A DNA stretch of 61,359 bases, the filler included. It is 7 parts of 7 records of this genome, joined end to end, with 100 filler letters (N's around TTAATTAATTAA, not from the genome) between each part and the next. Parts side by side here need not be neighbours in the genome. Positions count along the whole stretch, not along the records: positions 33,289 to 48,043 come from SRR7504441_994; 6 more parts are not named here. One strand, given 5' to 3'. A program made the position numbers and the translations under genes. Of this stretch, positions 33,289-44,763 are shown piece after piece. Under the pieces are notes generated by a model. The model saw nothing but the letters and a program-made list of their open reading frames with translations. It was not told the DNA's origin and made no database searches. Numbering within the stretch: position 1 is the stretch's first letter; each line of letters starts with the position of its first letter.

Positions 33289-36200
33289 CAATTCATTCTG
33301 GAATCGAACAAAAGCTACCAGGATTACGGAGCTTAGTTCAAGGACTACACTCCATATTAAGGCACAATGTCTCTCTGAACTTACCTGATTGCCAAGAATG
33401 GTCTTCAAAACCGCTATCTGGCTTGGAAGGCCTAAACAGTAAGCTACCTGATCAAGGCTTCACAGCAGTTGTGCTCGCCAATATCAGGGGAGCAGCTGGT
33501 ATAAGCATAAGCATTGATGAGGAACTTACAGCCGCAGGAGTAGATTCCTTATCGACGATTGAACTCCGGGGAAATTTACAGCGTGATCTAGGCATTCAGT
33601 TGCCATCCACATTCAGTGTCGACTATCCCACTGTCCGAGAGCTAGTGGCTTTCCTGCAGTCTGTGCTTGCTGCTGGTTCAGTACCAGAGCAAACTAATAG
33701 ACTTGCGCCTGTTCTTATGCCCACTCCCTCCAATGACACAATTTCTGCTCAAACGGACGTGACAGCTGAAGCTGCTCCTGATGCTGGCGGCCGGGTTCAA
33801 GATGCTGCTTTGCTCTGGACGACCCTGTGCAACGCCAAGTGTCAAATGACCATGCAGAGTAGGCAGTACAGCATGGCCCGAATTCACAAACGAGCGGAGG
33901 AATTCATGAAGACTGTTCGGATACTGAGAGAGAGGCATTCCATACGCAGGACCAGTTGTGCCATTCCGTGCTTCTCATATGGCATCACAAAGAAGGATGC
34001 CAGTCTCTGCACAATCATGGGGCTCGCATGCCAACTGCCGTCTGAAGTCAACCAACCGCCTGAAATGTGGGCAGCTCTGTGTTCAGAAGAATGTTTCATT
34101 TGTAGAAGCGGACCCTCTCGCTGGCAGGATGCCTGTTCTCAGGCAAACACTTCGTCAAAGTTTGCAGGTGCATTCCTGGCAAATCTGCAGAGGACAACCT
34201 TGTCCTTGCTGGATTCAGGGTTGCCGGTAGATCCACACATACATGTCCTTCTTCAAGTCGTTGATCAAGCCATTTCTGAATCAGGCTGGGATTACAGATC
34301 CGCAAGAGAGTGCACCGGGGTCTTTACTGCTATTGACACAACCAGTCTGATCATTGAAATGCCGTCTTTTGCGGTGTCCAGGGCTGTTGCATCAGCGTTT
34401 TGCATTGAAAGTGCTTTTGCGTCCAACGTGTGCAACCTCGAAGCAGCTTGCTCTTCTGGCTATCTTGCCTCATGCGAGGCACTTAAGCATGTCACAAATG
34501 GGCTGTGTGAATACGCAATTCTTGGCGGAACAAATCTATTGCTAGAGCCAAGCAAATACTTGAGGACTTTTGAGGGCGGCCTAATCTCCCCAACAGGCAT
34601 TATGAGGCCATACGATGCTCATTCAGATGGGATTGTGATGGGAGAAGCTGCTGGCGCGATCATCTTCGAGAGAAGTAGGCAGTCTGTGAGTGCATATGGC
34701 GGGGTGCGAGGCTGGGCAACAACGCCGACAAGCCCATTACTACCAGTAGGCTGTACAGACCCTGCAGCCATAGCGAAGGTGGCAACTGCCGCACTTTTCA
34801 AAGCAGGTTTGCATCCAAAGCATCTTGCCCTTGTGCACATGCACGCGACGGGGAATTCGGCATGCGACTTACCTGAGGTTGCAGGCATTTTAGATGCATT
34901 AACCTCGACTGACCGAAATAACCCACCAGCTCTCACCAATCATAAGGCTACGTTTGGACACAGCTTGGATGCCGCCGGAATTGTAGCACTAGTGAGCACA
35001 ACAATGAATATGCAGCACAGGATGGTGCCAATTCATGTAAATATCATGAGCCTAGACAGTTTAATTCGATGTGAAACGACGATGTTGTTGCCATCCACAC
35101 ATGTACACCATTTCAAAAGCAATAGCTACTTTTGCGGAGGGATCAGCGGGACATCAGTGAGTGGGGACAACATACACCTGATACTGTGTAATACCGATTC
35201 AATTGCTGAAAGGGTGCATGTGACGACCAAATCATCAACAGCGCCCGCTGAAATTGTGCCAGAATGCACTCTCTCCACCACAGCACAAGCACCAATTTCT
35301 TCTCTGCAGCGGATTACTACAGCTCTGAAAGGGCTGTTCTGCACTTTGATGCCATGCGATCTACGAGATGTGAATGACGACGACGACTTGACACGGCTCT
35401 CATCTCGTAACATGGTCATTCTCTTGATGAAGCTTTCGAAACAGATAGACATGAGGCTGTCTATGACGCTCATCTTCAATCACCGAACGATTCGCGAGGC
35501 GGCTTTATTCATCAGTAATCAACTTACCGGCAAAGACGACCTGATAGAGCTCAAGCCGAGCATGGATGCACCCGGGGTGAGAGCGCCTCAGCAACTCAAG
35601 TTGGATCCAGATATCATTGCATCACTCGTGCATCAAACTGGTCGCACTGCAAATAATCATTCACTCTATAGTCGCATGGCTGGTCCATGTTTAGTCACAG
35701 GAGCGACAGGCTGCATTGGCCAGGAACTCTTCAATGAACTTCTGATTTCCCGGCAAACGAACGACAGAATCTATGTTTTGATTCGTGCAGCGGATAAGAT
35801 GACAGCCTATGAGCGGCTGAAGAGCGTGCTCAGCGACCGCCTCAGTCAGCTGCCAGATTGCGTCGTGCCAGTTGTGGGCGACGTATCTGCACCTAAATTT
35901 GGTGTAGCAAAGGAGCTGTACAACACCCTGGCCAAATGCGTGAAGGTCGTGTATCATTTCGCCGCCCAAGTAGACCACATTAGTCCATACGACAAGCTGG
36001 AGGAAGCCAATGTCGGCGGTGCCCTAAGTGTAATCCGTTTTGCTACCACAGGGTGCCTTAAGCATATCCATTTTGCATCCACTATTGCTACCACTGGTAT
36101 TGAGAATGGCATCACTAGTGATGACTGTCGTGGAGCACTGGACGACATGGAGACAGGCTACTCTCAGACGAAGTGGGTTGCTGAAAGTCTGATGTTGCAA

Positions 36201-38588
36201 GCAATGAAGCTCGGCGCCCCAATAATGGTGTATCGAATCGGTCTGGTCACCGGTCGGATGGACAATGCAGTTCACAGAAACCTGAATGATGTAGGATGCC
36301 GGTTTGTGAAGAGCTGCATCCAGGTTAGAAAGTTTCCTTGCCTCCTGGACCAGCGTGGAATCCCATTACCGTGCATACCGGTCGACCTCGCTGTGAAGGT
36401 AATCTGTTGGGTAGCACAGCATCCAAAAGAGGTTCATGGCCGTTGCATGAACATGGTCCATCCTTGCGCTTTTGACATGGCAGCTGTTCGAGACTCGCTT
36501 ACAGAATATGGCTACAGCATCACAGACTGCTCAATCGGAGAATGGTATGCAGAACTTCAGGATTCGGATTCAGATAATGCCATGCTTGAGTACATGCCGG
36601 CAGTCGACGAACGGATGAGTGAGTGGCTAATTGGGCCCGATAACCTGGAGACATGGCTAGAAGAGAAGACTGTCATCCAATGGGATTGTTCAGCCCTAAT
36701 GCACGTTTTGAGCCGAATGAGAATCCATTGCGATTCACTCGATTATTTGTTGCCTCGATATCTCGAATACTTCGTATCAATCGGGTTCTTGCCCCCACCA
36801 GATGGCCCAGGGGTTGCACCCAAGAGAAGATCAGCAGTTGTTCAAATATCACGCTACATAGCCAGTATACCAGCTAAGATGCGGAACATGCACACCACAG
36901 CAATTCTGAACTCGCTGCATTTCCGTCAAGCGCCAAGAGCTCCTCTTGCGCAGCAAATAAAGATTGCATCACTTGGTTCACTATATTGTCAGCATAATAA
37001 GGTATCAAAGCAAATTATTCAACACTTTCGCAATGTCCATGCAGACGGCCGTTACTTGTGGCCCCGGCACCGCACTGGTGGCATCATTCAAAGCGACATG
37101 GAAAAGCAGCTTTGTTATCCATTGAGTATCTCAAGAGCAAAGGACCAGTACATTTGGGACGAAGACAATAATCAGATGGTGGATCTCTTGATGGGCTATG
37201 GCGCCTGCTTTTATGGGCACTCGCCTGATTTCATAGCTGAACCAGTGGCTCAGAAAGTTATAAACGGGTTTGCTGTTGGTACTGATTTCAAATTAGCCGG
37301 CGAGGTAGCACAACTGATATGCAAATTGACTGGGATGCAACGGATCTTCTTCACCAACTCTGGCACAGAAGCAGTCATGGTTGCAATTAGGCTTGCTCGT
37401 TGCTACACTCTACGTCCAAAGGTGATACTATGTAATGGACACTATCATGGATGGTCTGATACCAGCCAGCATGTTGGTGCCTATTACCAAGGAATGGCTT
37501 CCGCACCTCTGGTTCGCGGTGTTCCCCCAGATGCATCTGTCCAAGTGGTCAACTTTGGATCCGACGAGGTTTTTGATTTACTACAAGAATCCGGGAACGG
37601 CGTGGCAGCAGTGATCGTAGAACCTGTGCCTGGAGGGAGCTGCGTGGTCGATCCGCAGTTCTTGATGAGATTGCGTGATGCATGTACCCAACATAACGTC
37701 CTTCTGATATTTGACGAGGTTTATCAAGGCTTTAGATGTCACGTTGGCGGCGCACAGGCTTACTTTGGTATCCGTGCAGATTTGGTGTCATATGGCAAAA
37801 TACCTGGTGGCGGCTACCCTTTTGGAGCTGTTGCTGGTTCGCATGATTTAATGAAGTATATTGACGGAGGGAACTACCAATTTGACGATGTGGATTCTAA
37901 GCCCGTACAGGGTGATATAACCTTTGTAGCTGGGACATTCTGCAAACATCCTATCATGCTGACAGCTGCATCTGCCATTCTCAAACGCTTTACTGAACGA
38001 GGTAATCGTGATCATCAGAAGCTGAACCAGAAAGTGAACCGCCTGTGTCTCAAAGCCAACAAGTTCTTTGCAAGCCACAATTTCCCAGTACACCTGGTGT
38101 GGTTTGCAACATCTGCAACTTTGGTGGGCAAGAACTCAGTCTCAGATGGCTATTCAGTCAACGACCCGAACTGCTATTTAGCCGAATTCTTTGCGCAATA
38201 TCTGCATGTGAAAGGGGTTTACGTACCAGACCATCTCAGGATGATATTCTCGGTTGCTCATAGCGATGCCGACTATGCCCATATTTTGAGTGCACTCACC
38301 TACGGAGCGTGTGAGCTCTTCTCTCCCCTTGGAGAGCTGAACACGCGGAGTTGTCTTCTTGGGAGTTTGACCTGGGAAGAGGTCGAAGATTGTGTTGTCA
38401 CACCAGACGATGAAATCGTAGCCAAGTTAGATGAACTCGTCCCGGATGTTCCAGAGCTGGATCCACCTAGGAGTCCAAACCGAGAAAGGAATCCCCCAGA
38501 GCCGGATATGACGAGAACTCCGAGTCCCTTGATATTGTGTGAGTACTCGTACGAAGACGATGTTAACACTACATCAGACGTCCCTTGA
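33289..38588 (+). CDS. Type I polyketide synthase, C-terminal part: ACP - KS - ACP-like - thioester reductase (R) - class III aminotransferase; 5'-truncated, intronless
   Basis: ACP GVDSLSTIELR..YPTVREL; KS triad EAACSSG / HMHATGN / KATFGHS; second ACP-like DDDLTRLSSRNMV..IFNHRTIRE; R domain LVTGATGCIG, VYHFAAQV, GYSQTKWVAE, YRIGLVTG; aminotransferase FTNSGTEA, YHGW, LIFDEVYQGFR, YGKIPGGG, AGTFCKHP. The frame is open from 33291 with no upstream stop. Confidence 0.92.
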
Positions 38589-39030
38589 TTAAGACATCTA
38601 TAAAGAGAAATATAATATAATAATGTCATGATTCTTAGAAGTCCCTACATGATGACATCTGATGTACGTAATACTCGTACTGTAAAAATTGAATGTTCCA
38701 CTGTAACAACGCATGCAACAACAATTAATTACGCACATGTACATGTATTAGCTTAGTACTAGGTTATTATGTGGGGCTCCGAAGTCCTTCTAAACTGTAC
38801 TTTATATACGCAGTGTACAGCAGTACTCGCGATCGTAGAGTACGTACAATCAATTGCAGCGATGTCACGAAGTATAAAGACAAACAATTTCAAATTCCAG
38901 CCTAGCTCCTGCCACGTACTGGCAGAGAACAAGAGCATCATTGACGCACATGAGATTGACTGCTTAATTGTTGGAAGTAGTTACTTACACTACATAGCCA
39001 GTACCGAGTAGCGTGACAATCACTCAGCAA

Positions 39031-39503
39031 TCACTCCTTCTTGTGGGGCGCGCTCTTGCCATCAAAGAGCAGAGCGACCGCGGCTAGGGCAGTGAGCACG
39101 ACGATCGGTATGGTATCTCTTTGCATTTTGTCGACCATCACCTGGCGACCGAGCCAGTCAGCCGCAGCGCCGGCCGGCATCGCACCGCCGGCAGCTGACC
39201 AGCCAGGATTTCGTGAGCCGAGTAGGAGATCATAATGCCGCCCCAGACCAGGGTCATTCTCAGCGCGAACTCCACGTAGCCATAGACCAGCGATAGAATG
39301 TTGAGCGCGGCCAGCAGGCACACGTAGCACCCGAGCGCTCGGCAGAGCAGGATGCACATCATCTGGGCGTCCGGCGAGGCCTCAGCGAAGAGTGGCGCGG
39401 GAAAGAACTCGTCCAGCGCCGCCCGCGTGTTCAGCGCGTACATCGGCCCCGACACCGAGAACAGCAGGGCGTTGATCCCGATTGACACGGTGCCGAGCTT
39501 CAT
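39031..39503 (-). CDS. Small four-TM membrane protein of unknown function; one 44-nt intron
   Basis: MKLGTVSIGINALLFSVSGPMYAL, CILLCRALGCYVCLLAALNILSLV, ...LPA|VMVDK..IPIVVLTALAAVALLF; intron GTGCGA...CTGAC...CCAG. Confidence 0.7.
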
Positions 39504-39511
39504 GCTCAATG

Positions 39512-39527
39512 CCGTTATTCGCAACGG
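39512..39527. promoter_or_regulatory. Pair of oppositely oriented YAACGG (Myb-type) motifs in a divergent promoter; example of a recurring element
   Basis: CCGTTA at 39512-39517 and CAACGG at 39522-39527; the same motif occurs upstream of genes at 7470, 21118, 26813, 32072, 41719, 43041, 44741 and 47362. Confidence 0.5.
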
Positions 39528-39608
39528 AAAGACAACTTCTACGTAAGCAGATCAGGGGTTGAAGAAGGATAGAAGAAGGAGCTGCTAGTGCATGTGGAAG
39601 AGTGTAAG

Positions 39609-39821
39609 ATGAAGCCGCCGGCCATTATAATGCCAGGCAGACGCAAGCGACTAGCAGCGCTGCACGAGGCAGCTGCGATCGCTAACAGGCCAATTACTTC
39701 TTTGTCAAAAGTGGAGCTCACGTCCAACCATGGTCCAACGCTTTTCAGCCACACCAAGTGCCGTGAGCAGTATGTGGGCAGAGATCGAGGTAACTGGTTC
39801 ACTAATTATAACGTAGGTTAG
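39609..39821 (+). CDS. Possible 70-aa small protein
   Basis: MKPPAIIMPGRRKRLAAL...; it fits the genome's pattern of a ~105-bp divergent spacer carrying YAACGG and converges on the GH35 gene. No recognisable motif. Confidence 0.3.
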   Translation: MKPPAIIMPGRRKRLAALHEAAAIANRPITSLSKVELTSNHGPTLFSHTKCREQYVGRDRGNWFTNYNVG

Positions 39822-39874
39822 TCACCGTCCCGCGGTCGACTCCGCACTCTTAATGAACATGCACCTCAACGTCC

Positions 39875-41713
39875 TCAAGCGTAGCTATAGTCGGGCTTAT
39901 CTTCTAGTCGGACGATTGCGCTCCGCGGTGCCTTGTCAAGTTCCAACACCAACAGCTCGTTGGTTCCGACTTGGAGAATAGGTCCTGGTACAAACAGTGC
40001 AAACTGTGGACCGATGGCCCAGTATCGCCCAAGAGGCTCACCGTTCACCCACACTCTGCCCTTGCTCCAGCCGCGCATGTTGACATAGGTGTCTGCCACC
40101 CTTTCAAGCACCTGGAAAGTGCCACGGAAGAAGACCGGAGGCTGTGGAGTAGCGCCACCAGTGCTGAATTGCAGCTGAGTGAGCTGGACAGTTTCCAAAG
40201 GGAGCGTCGACAGCTTCCAGCCGAGCAGCGGCTGTCCATCGATTGTCATGTTGCCCAGCCCCTTTGGGTCCCACATGTCGCCCTTCCCGACGTTGATCCG
40301 GCCTTCAAAGTCGATTATGATAGATAGCCTCTGGCCTCCCGCCGGCAGCTCTACTGGCACAGGGGCGGAGCGGTTCACAACTGCCACTCGCAGATCGTCC
40401 ACTAGCACGGTCGCGCGGTCGCGTGGGTAGTCTTCGAACGCGATGGTGCTCCCCGCAGGCCTCGGTCTCGTGTAGAGCGCCAGCCCGTACGACTGCCCCG
40501 CTTGCTCGACCATCCACGGGGCTCCGGTGCAAGCTTTAACCGAAGTGACCAGCGAGCTCAACCCAGCAAGCAGGCTGACAGACTCACGCAGCAGCACTGG
40601 CCCAAAGTCTCGCCGGGCCGGCAGCACTGGCTCTGCAGGGAGCGGGTCTGACGAGTGCTGTGCGAGCACTTGTCGAATAGCTGTAAACTTATCGCCATCG
40701 GTGCCTATGCCGTGCTCGCCACCCTCGGCGATTGGCGCGTTGAAATCATAGCTGGTCAGATCGGAGAGCAGCCCCGAATGCTTGCCGTTGGCCCCGGCCC
40801 ACCGACCACTCGTCCCGCCGTGGGCCATGTACATGTTGAAACTCGCACCGATCTGAAGGATTCCGTGCAGGCTCTGGGCGTACCTCGTGCCGTTGGTGCG
40901 GGTCAGTGGCACGCCCCAGTGTGACATTCCGCCCGAGTATGACTCGGAGACGAAGCAAGGCGCAGGACCCGGCCGATTGGCTTGCTCCTCGGCTGTGCAA
41001 TTGAGCACCATATCACCACTTACATAGACCGCGCCGCCCGTGAGGGTGCCAGAGCGCAGATTGATGCGATCTGTAGTGTATATGGCCACATCACCGAGCT
41101 CCTGCCTGGCAGAGGCCACCAAGTATTCGATATACTCTCGATCTTGCCTGCTGTTGACTGTATCGCCATACGCCGCGTACTCGTTCTCGACCTGCACCAT
41201 CACCACAGGCCCTCCCGACGAGTAAACCAGCGGCCTCACGCGCGGCAGCAACTCGCGTCGCCAGAATCGGTCCACTGCAGCCATGAACTGCGTGCTGTTG
41301 GTCCGCAGGTCCGCCGGCCCCAGTCGGCCGTCGAGCAGCCAGGCCGGCAGCCCGCCGAGGTCCCATTCGCCACACATATACGGCCCGGATCGGAGCAGCA
41401 CCAGCAGCCGGGCGCTCTGGGCGGCCAGCAGGAATTGCGTCAGGTTGCGCTGGCCGGAGAAGTCAGGCCGGCCCTCGGTCTCTTCGTGGAAGTTCCAAGG
41501 CACGTAGGTGGCCACCGCATTGAGGCCGAGCGCGCGCAGCCGCGCCAGCCGGTCTGGCCAGTAGTCAGGGTGCACGCGGCTGTAGTGCATCTCGCCCGAG
41601 CGGAGCTGCACAGGCTTGCCGTCGAGCACGAACTGGGTACCTGCCAGTACGAACGACCGGCCCGTCGAGACCTCAGCGGTACTGGCGAGCACCAGCGCCA
41701 GGAGGAGCCGCAT
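39875..41713 (-). CDS. GH35 beta-galactosidase (GLB1-like), secreted or lysosomal
   Basis: Signal MRLLLALVLASTA; SGEMHYSRV, GLNAVATYVPWNFHE, LRSGPYMCGEWDLGGLPAWL, GGPVVMVQVENEY, SESYSG, FNMYMAHGGT, LTSYDFNAPIAE, KGRVWVNG..LGRYWAIGPQ. Confidence 0.95.
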   Translation of the reverse strand: MRLLLALVLASTAEVSTGRSFVLAGTQFVLDGKPVQLRSGEMHYSRVHPDYWPDRLARLRALGLNAVATYVPWNFHEETEGRPDFSGQRNLTQFLLAAQSARLLVLLRSGPYMCGEWDLGGLPAWLLDGRLGPADLRTNSTQFMAAVDRFWRRELLPRVRPLVYSSGGPVVMVQVENEYAAYGDTVNSRQDREYIEYLVASARQELGDVAIYTTDRINLRSGTLTGGAVYVSGDMVLNCTAEEQANRPGPAPCFVSESYSGGMSHWGVPLTRTNGTRYAQSLHGILQIGASFNMYMAHGGTSGRWAGANGKHSGLLSDLTSYDFNAPIAEGGEHGIGTDGDKFTAIRQVLAQHSSDPLPAEPVLPARRDFGPVLLRESVSLLAGLSSLVTSVKACTGAPWMVEQAGQSYGLALYTRPRPAGSTIAFEDYPRDRATVLVDDLRVAVVNRSAPVPVELPAGGQRLSIIIDFEGRINVGKGDMWDPKGLGNMTIDGQPLLGWKLSTLPLETVQLTQLQFSTGGATPQPPVFFRGTFQVLERVADTYVNMRGWSKGRVWVNGEPLGRYWAIGPQFALFVPGPILQVGTNELLVLELDKAPRSAIVRLEDKPDYSYA

Positions 41714-41993
41714 TAGAACCGTTGCCCTCGGGCCGGACGGCGGCCAGGTACAGTCCGACCTGCGTGGCAGCAGGTCGCCTGGGCCGTCAGCTGGCCGTTA
41801 GATTGTAGCAAGTGTAGAGTCTAGGAGACGTACGAGTAGATCTACGTGTACGTGTATTTACCAAGTTTACTGCGTACGTACAGTACTTAGCTAGGGCAGT
41901 AACACGACATGGAGAGAGAGAGCCGGTTCAAATCTATTTAAACTTAGGATTTAAATCGAATTGAAGAGTTATGACACGTGGCTAATTGCCCCA

Positions 41994-43008
41994 CTAGGTA
42001 GTCGGCGTACATGGAGCGGGGCTGTTGAAATCATAGCTAGCGTCGCTCCACATGAGCTCGCGCTGGCTCAGCTCGACGCCCCGCTCGCACAGCTCGTGCA
42101 GCTCGCGTTGCAGTTGTAGCTCGCGAGCTACTCCCCGCCGGATCGCCTCGGTCCGCTGGCTGATCAGCTCTTCTTGGCTCTCTGGCGTGGGCACCCGATC
42201 AAGCTCATCGAGTAGCTGCTTCAGCTCTATGATAAGCTCGTTATCCGGTAACCGGGACAGCTCTGCTGCCCCGAACCCGCGAGCTGGGCCGGGCCCGGGC
42301 TGCGGCGGCGCGGCGGCTAGCCGTTGGTGCAGGATGAGCTCGAACAGCTCGACCGGAAGCTGGCTGATCTGTGCCCTTAGGTCCCGCCAGCGACAGCCGG
42401 GCCCCACCGCTGCCCGTCGCCACCGGGCAACCACACGCCGGGACAGCCAACGCTGGAGCGCGCGGTTGTCACCGGACCTAGTCGCCCGTTGCCACGCGAG
42501 CAGCCTCTTACGGCAACCTCGGTTCTCGGACCAGGCGGCAGCGAGTTGCCGGGCGCACCAGGCACCTCTAGCCCGGTACTGGCACACTCGCAGCCCGGCG
42601 ATCCCGCGGAGCAGCCCTGCCCCCGCTGCAGCAGCGCCGTGGCAGGGCGTCACCAGAGTTTTGCCAGAATGCGGTGGCCAGACCGATGGCTATCTCCGCT
42701 TGTACTGCCTCCCCCGCCTTGAACGGCACGTGCACCCTGGCTTCAACGGCGGCTGTTGAAGCCTCCAGTTCCTTCTTCAGCGAGTGAACAGTGTCGGTGG
42801 CCTTCCTGTCTGCTGCCTCCAGCTCCTGCTTCACTGACTGGACAGCCTCCAGTTGTCCCTGCCTGCCCATCGCCTGTCGGTACGCATCGATCATCACCCT
42901 CTTCGCGACGGCCACTTCCACCAGGGGCTGCGTCAAGGCGCCACTTTCGGCCGCAGCCGCAGCCTCGGTTAGCCGGGCGCGCCAAGCCCGCCCCGCGGCG
43001 CCGCTCAT
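41994..43008 (-). CDS. Hypothetical coiled-coil protein with Trp/Arg-spaced helical repeats; at least one 37-nt intron
   Basis: ORFs 42568-43059 and 41994-42653 join via GTGACG...GGGCAG; LEAVQSVKQELEAADRK and LIIELKQLLDELD heptads. Confidence 0.5.
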
Positions 43009-43164
43009 GGCCAGTGGCTGCTCAGCCTCTCTGCGTGAAACCGTTGCGGACAATCCCAAACCGTCGTTCGCAGGGAGTGCACCTCACTCGTCAGGGAGAG
43101 TGCAGCACACCCTAGCACTCACCTGCTCAGGCGGCCTTGTGGGGACGTCCGTGGCCTCGTGAAC

Positions 43165-43932
43165 ATGCCCGGGGCGCTCGCCTCCCCGGCCGGTAAGCCC
43201 GAGCTGTGGCTGGCCGGCCACCCAGCAGCTAGCCAGTTCTGCTCGTTGTCGACGGCGCTCTGCCTCTCCCTGGGCTACGCCGGGCTCTGCCTGGTCGGCA
43301 AGAAGGCCATGGAGTCGAGGGAGCCGATGGCGCTCAAGTCGCTCAAACTGGTGTACAACCTCACCCAAGTCGTCGTCTGTGCGACCACCTTCCTTCACCT
43401 TCTGCCGCTGATCACTTCGAGCCCGTACGGTGTAGGGACTGTGCCGACGGCCGAGTTCGAGAAATGGGTGTTTGTGTACTACTGCTGCAAGATCCTAGAC
43501 TTCGCCGACACGGCCTTCATGGTGCTGGGGAAGAAGCACAAGCAGGTCTCACTACTGCACGTCTGGCATCACGGCTCGATTGTCCCGCTGTTCGGCTACT
43601 ACTTATCGACCGGCCGCGGGGGTGGGATGATCGCACTACTGCCCCTCTTCAACTCGCTGATCCACGTGTTGATGTACGGGCACTATCTGGTTACTAGCTT
43701 TGTCAAGTTTGGCCCGAGGCACCCATACAACACACATTGGAAACCTCTGCTCACCGGCAGCCAGATGGGACATCACGTGCTTTGCATTATCTACATGCTG
43801 AGCAACTATGCAGCCGGCAACCCCGAGTGCACCTGGGGCGTGTGTAGTGCTGGAATAGCGTGGGGCTTGTCAATCTTGGGGCTGTTTGCGAAGTTCTATG
43901 TCGATTCCTACATGAATGGTAAACACAAATAA
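43165..43932 (+). CDS. ELO-family fatty-acid elongase (GNS1/SUR4), possibly a PUFA elongase
   Basis: VYNLTQV, YYCCKILDFADTAFMVLGKK..QVSLLHVWHH, FNSLIHVLMYGHY, WKPLLTGSQM, LFAKFYVDSY, C-terminal KHK. Confidence 0.95.
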   Translation: MPGALASPAGKPELWLAGHPAASQFCSLSTALCLSLGYAGLCLVGKKAMESREPMALKSLKLVYNLTQVVVCATTFLHLLPLITSSPYGVGTVPTAEFEKWVFVYYCCKILDFADTAFMVLGKKHKQVSLLHVWHHGSIVPLFGYYLSTGRGGGMIALLPLFNSLIHVLMYGHYLVTSFVKFGPRHPYNTHWKPLLTGSQMGHHVLCIIYMLSNYAAGNPECTWGVCSAGIAWGLSILGLFAKFYVDSYMNGKHK

Positions 43933-44157
43933 ACAATTGCATGTAATGTTATAATCGAACACCGACGCGCATCAGAAAATTGACTATTTATCCGAGCTTC
44001 ATCGTGCTGCTACTATATCGCCGGCTGGTCATGGTGCGTACATGGTACGCGTCGAGTGCAATATCTCTTTAATATAATAATCTAACATTACTATCAAAAT
44101 GCTGAGGGCCAGAGGTTGCTCTATATTTTCGGTCGGGTTATCGTCAGTTAGGTTGCC

Positions 44158-44705
44158 TCATAAGCTGCGCGGCTTCTTTCTATTGTGCCGTGAGAAGAGC
44201 CCACCCGCCTGCCGCCCCGGCTGGCCGCTCGGCCAGCTCAGTCCGGGCGCCTTCCTGGGCACTTTGCGCGGGCCGCTCTCGGTCGGGGCGGTGGCGGACT
44301 CCTCGTCGCTCTCCGCAAACTCCTCCATCGTCTCCTTGATCTTTTGCTGCCTTTCGCTCTCCCGCTGTGCCGCCAGGTGCCTGGCCTTCCGTTTCTTGTC
44401 CGCCTCATCACGCGCGCGCTGCCTCCAGCTGGCAGCCGCCCAGGCCGGGGGTCGCCTCCTGCCGCTCTGCCTCCTTGGCTGACCAGCGCTCGAACGAGGC
44501 CTCCTTGGCCTCCCTGATGACCTGCCGCCCGCCGGTGGGCGCCCGGTGGCCGAGGCCGCCACGCCTCCTTGTCCTCGTCCTTGAGGGTGCGGTTGTCCTT
44601 ATCCAGAAAGTCCGTGGTACCGCCCAACCCCTCGCCCGTCAGCTGGAAGTGCGTTGTCGGGTCCTCCGCCCCCTCTCCCGGACCCTGTCCGATCAGAAAC
44701 TCCAT
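44158..44705 (-). CDS. Small charged hypothetical protein; two GC-AG introns (44522-44564, 44419-44455)
   Basis: MEFLIGQG..LKDEDKE|VIREAKEASFERWSAKEAERQE|RARDEADKKRKARHLAAQRESERQQKIKETMEEF; the frame is continuous after these two splices. Confidence 0.6.
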
Positions 44706-44763
44706 GCGGGCGGCTCGACAGTGGGGCCAGTGGCGGATTCCAACGGAACCTCGTTCGGAGACG

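Noticed and set aside
33289-38588. Lower GC of the PKS as proof of recent HGT or contamination
   Set aside because: The distal part of the native dynein gene is similarly low in GC, GC falls along long genes here, and the PKS shares a contig with intron-bearing host-type genes. Origin needs phylogeny.
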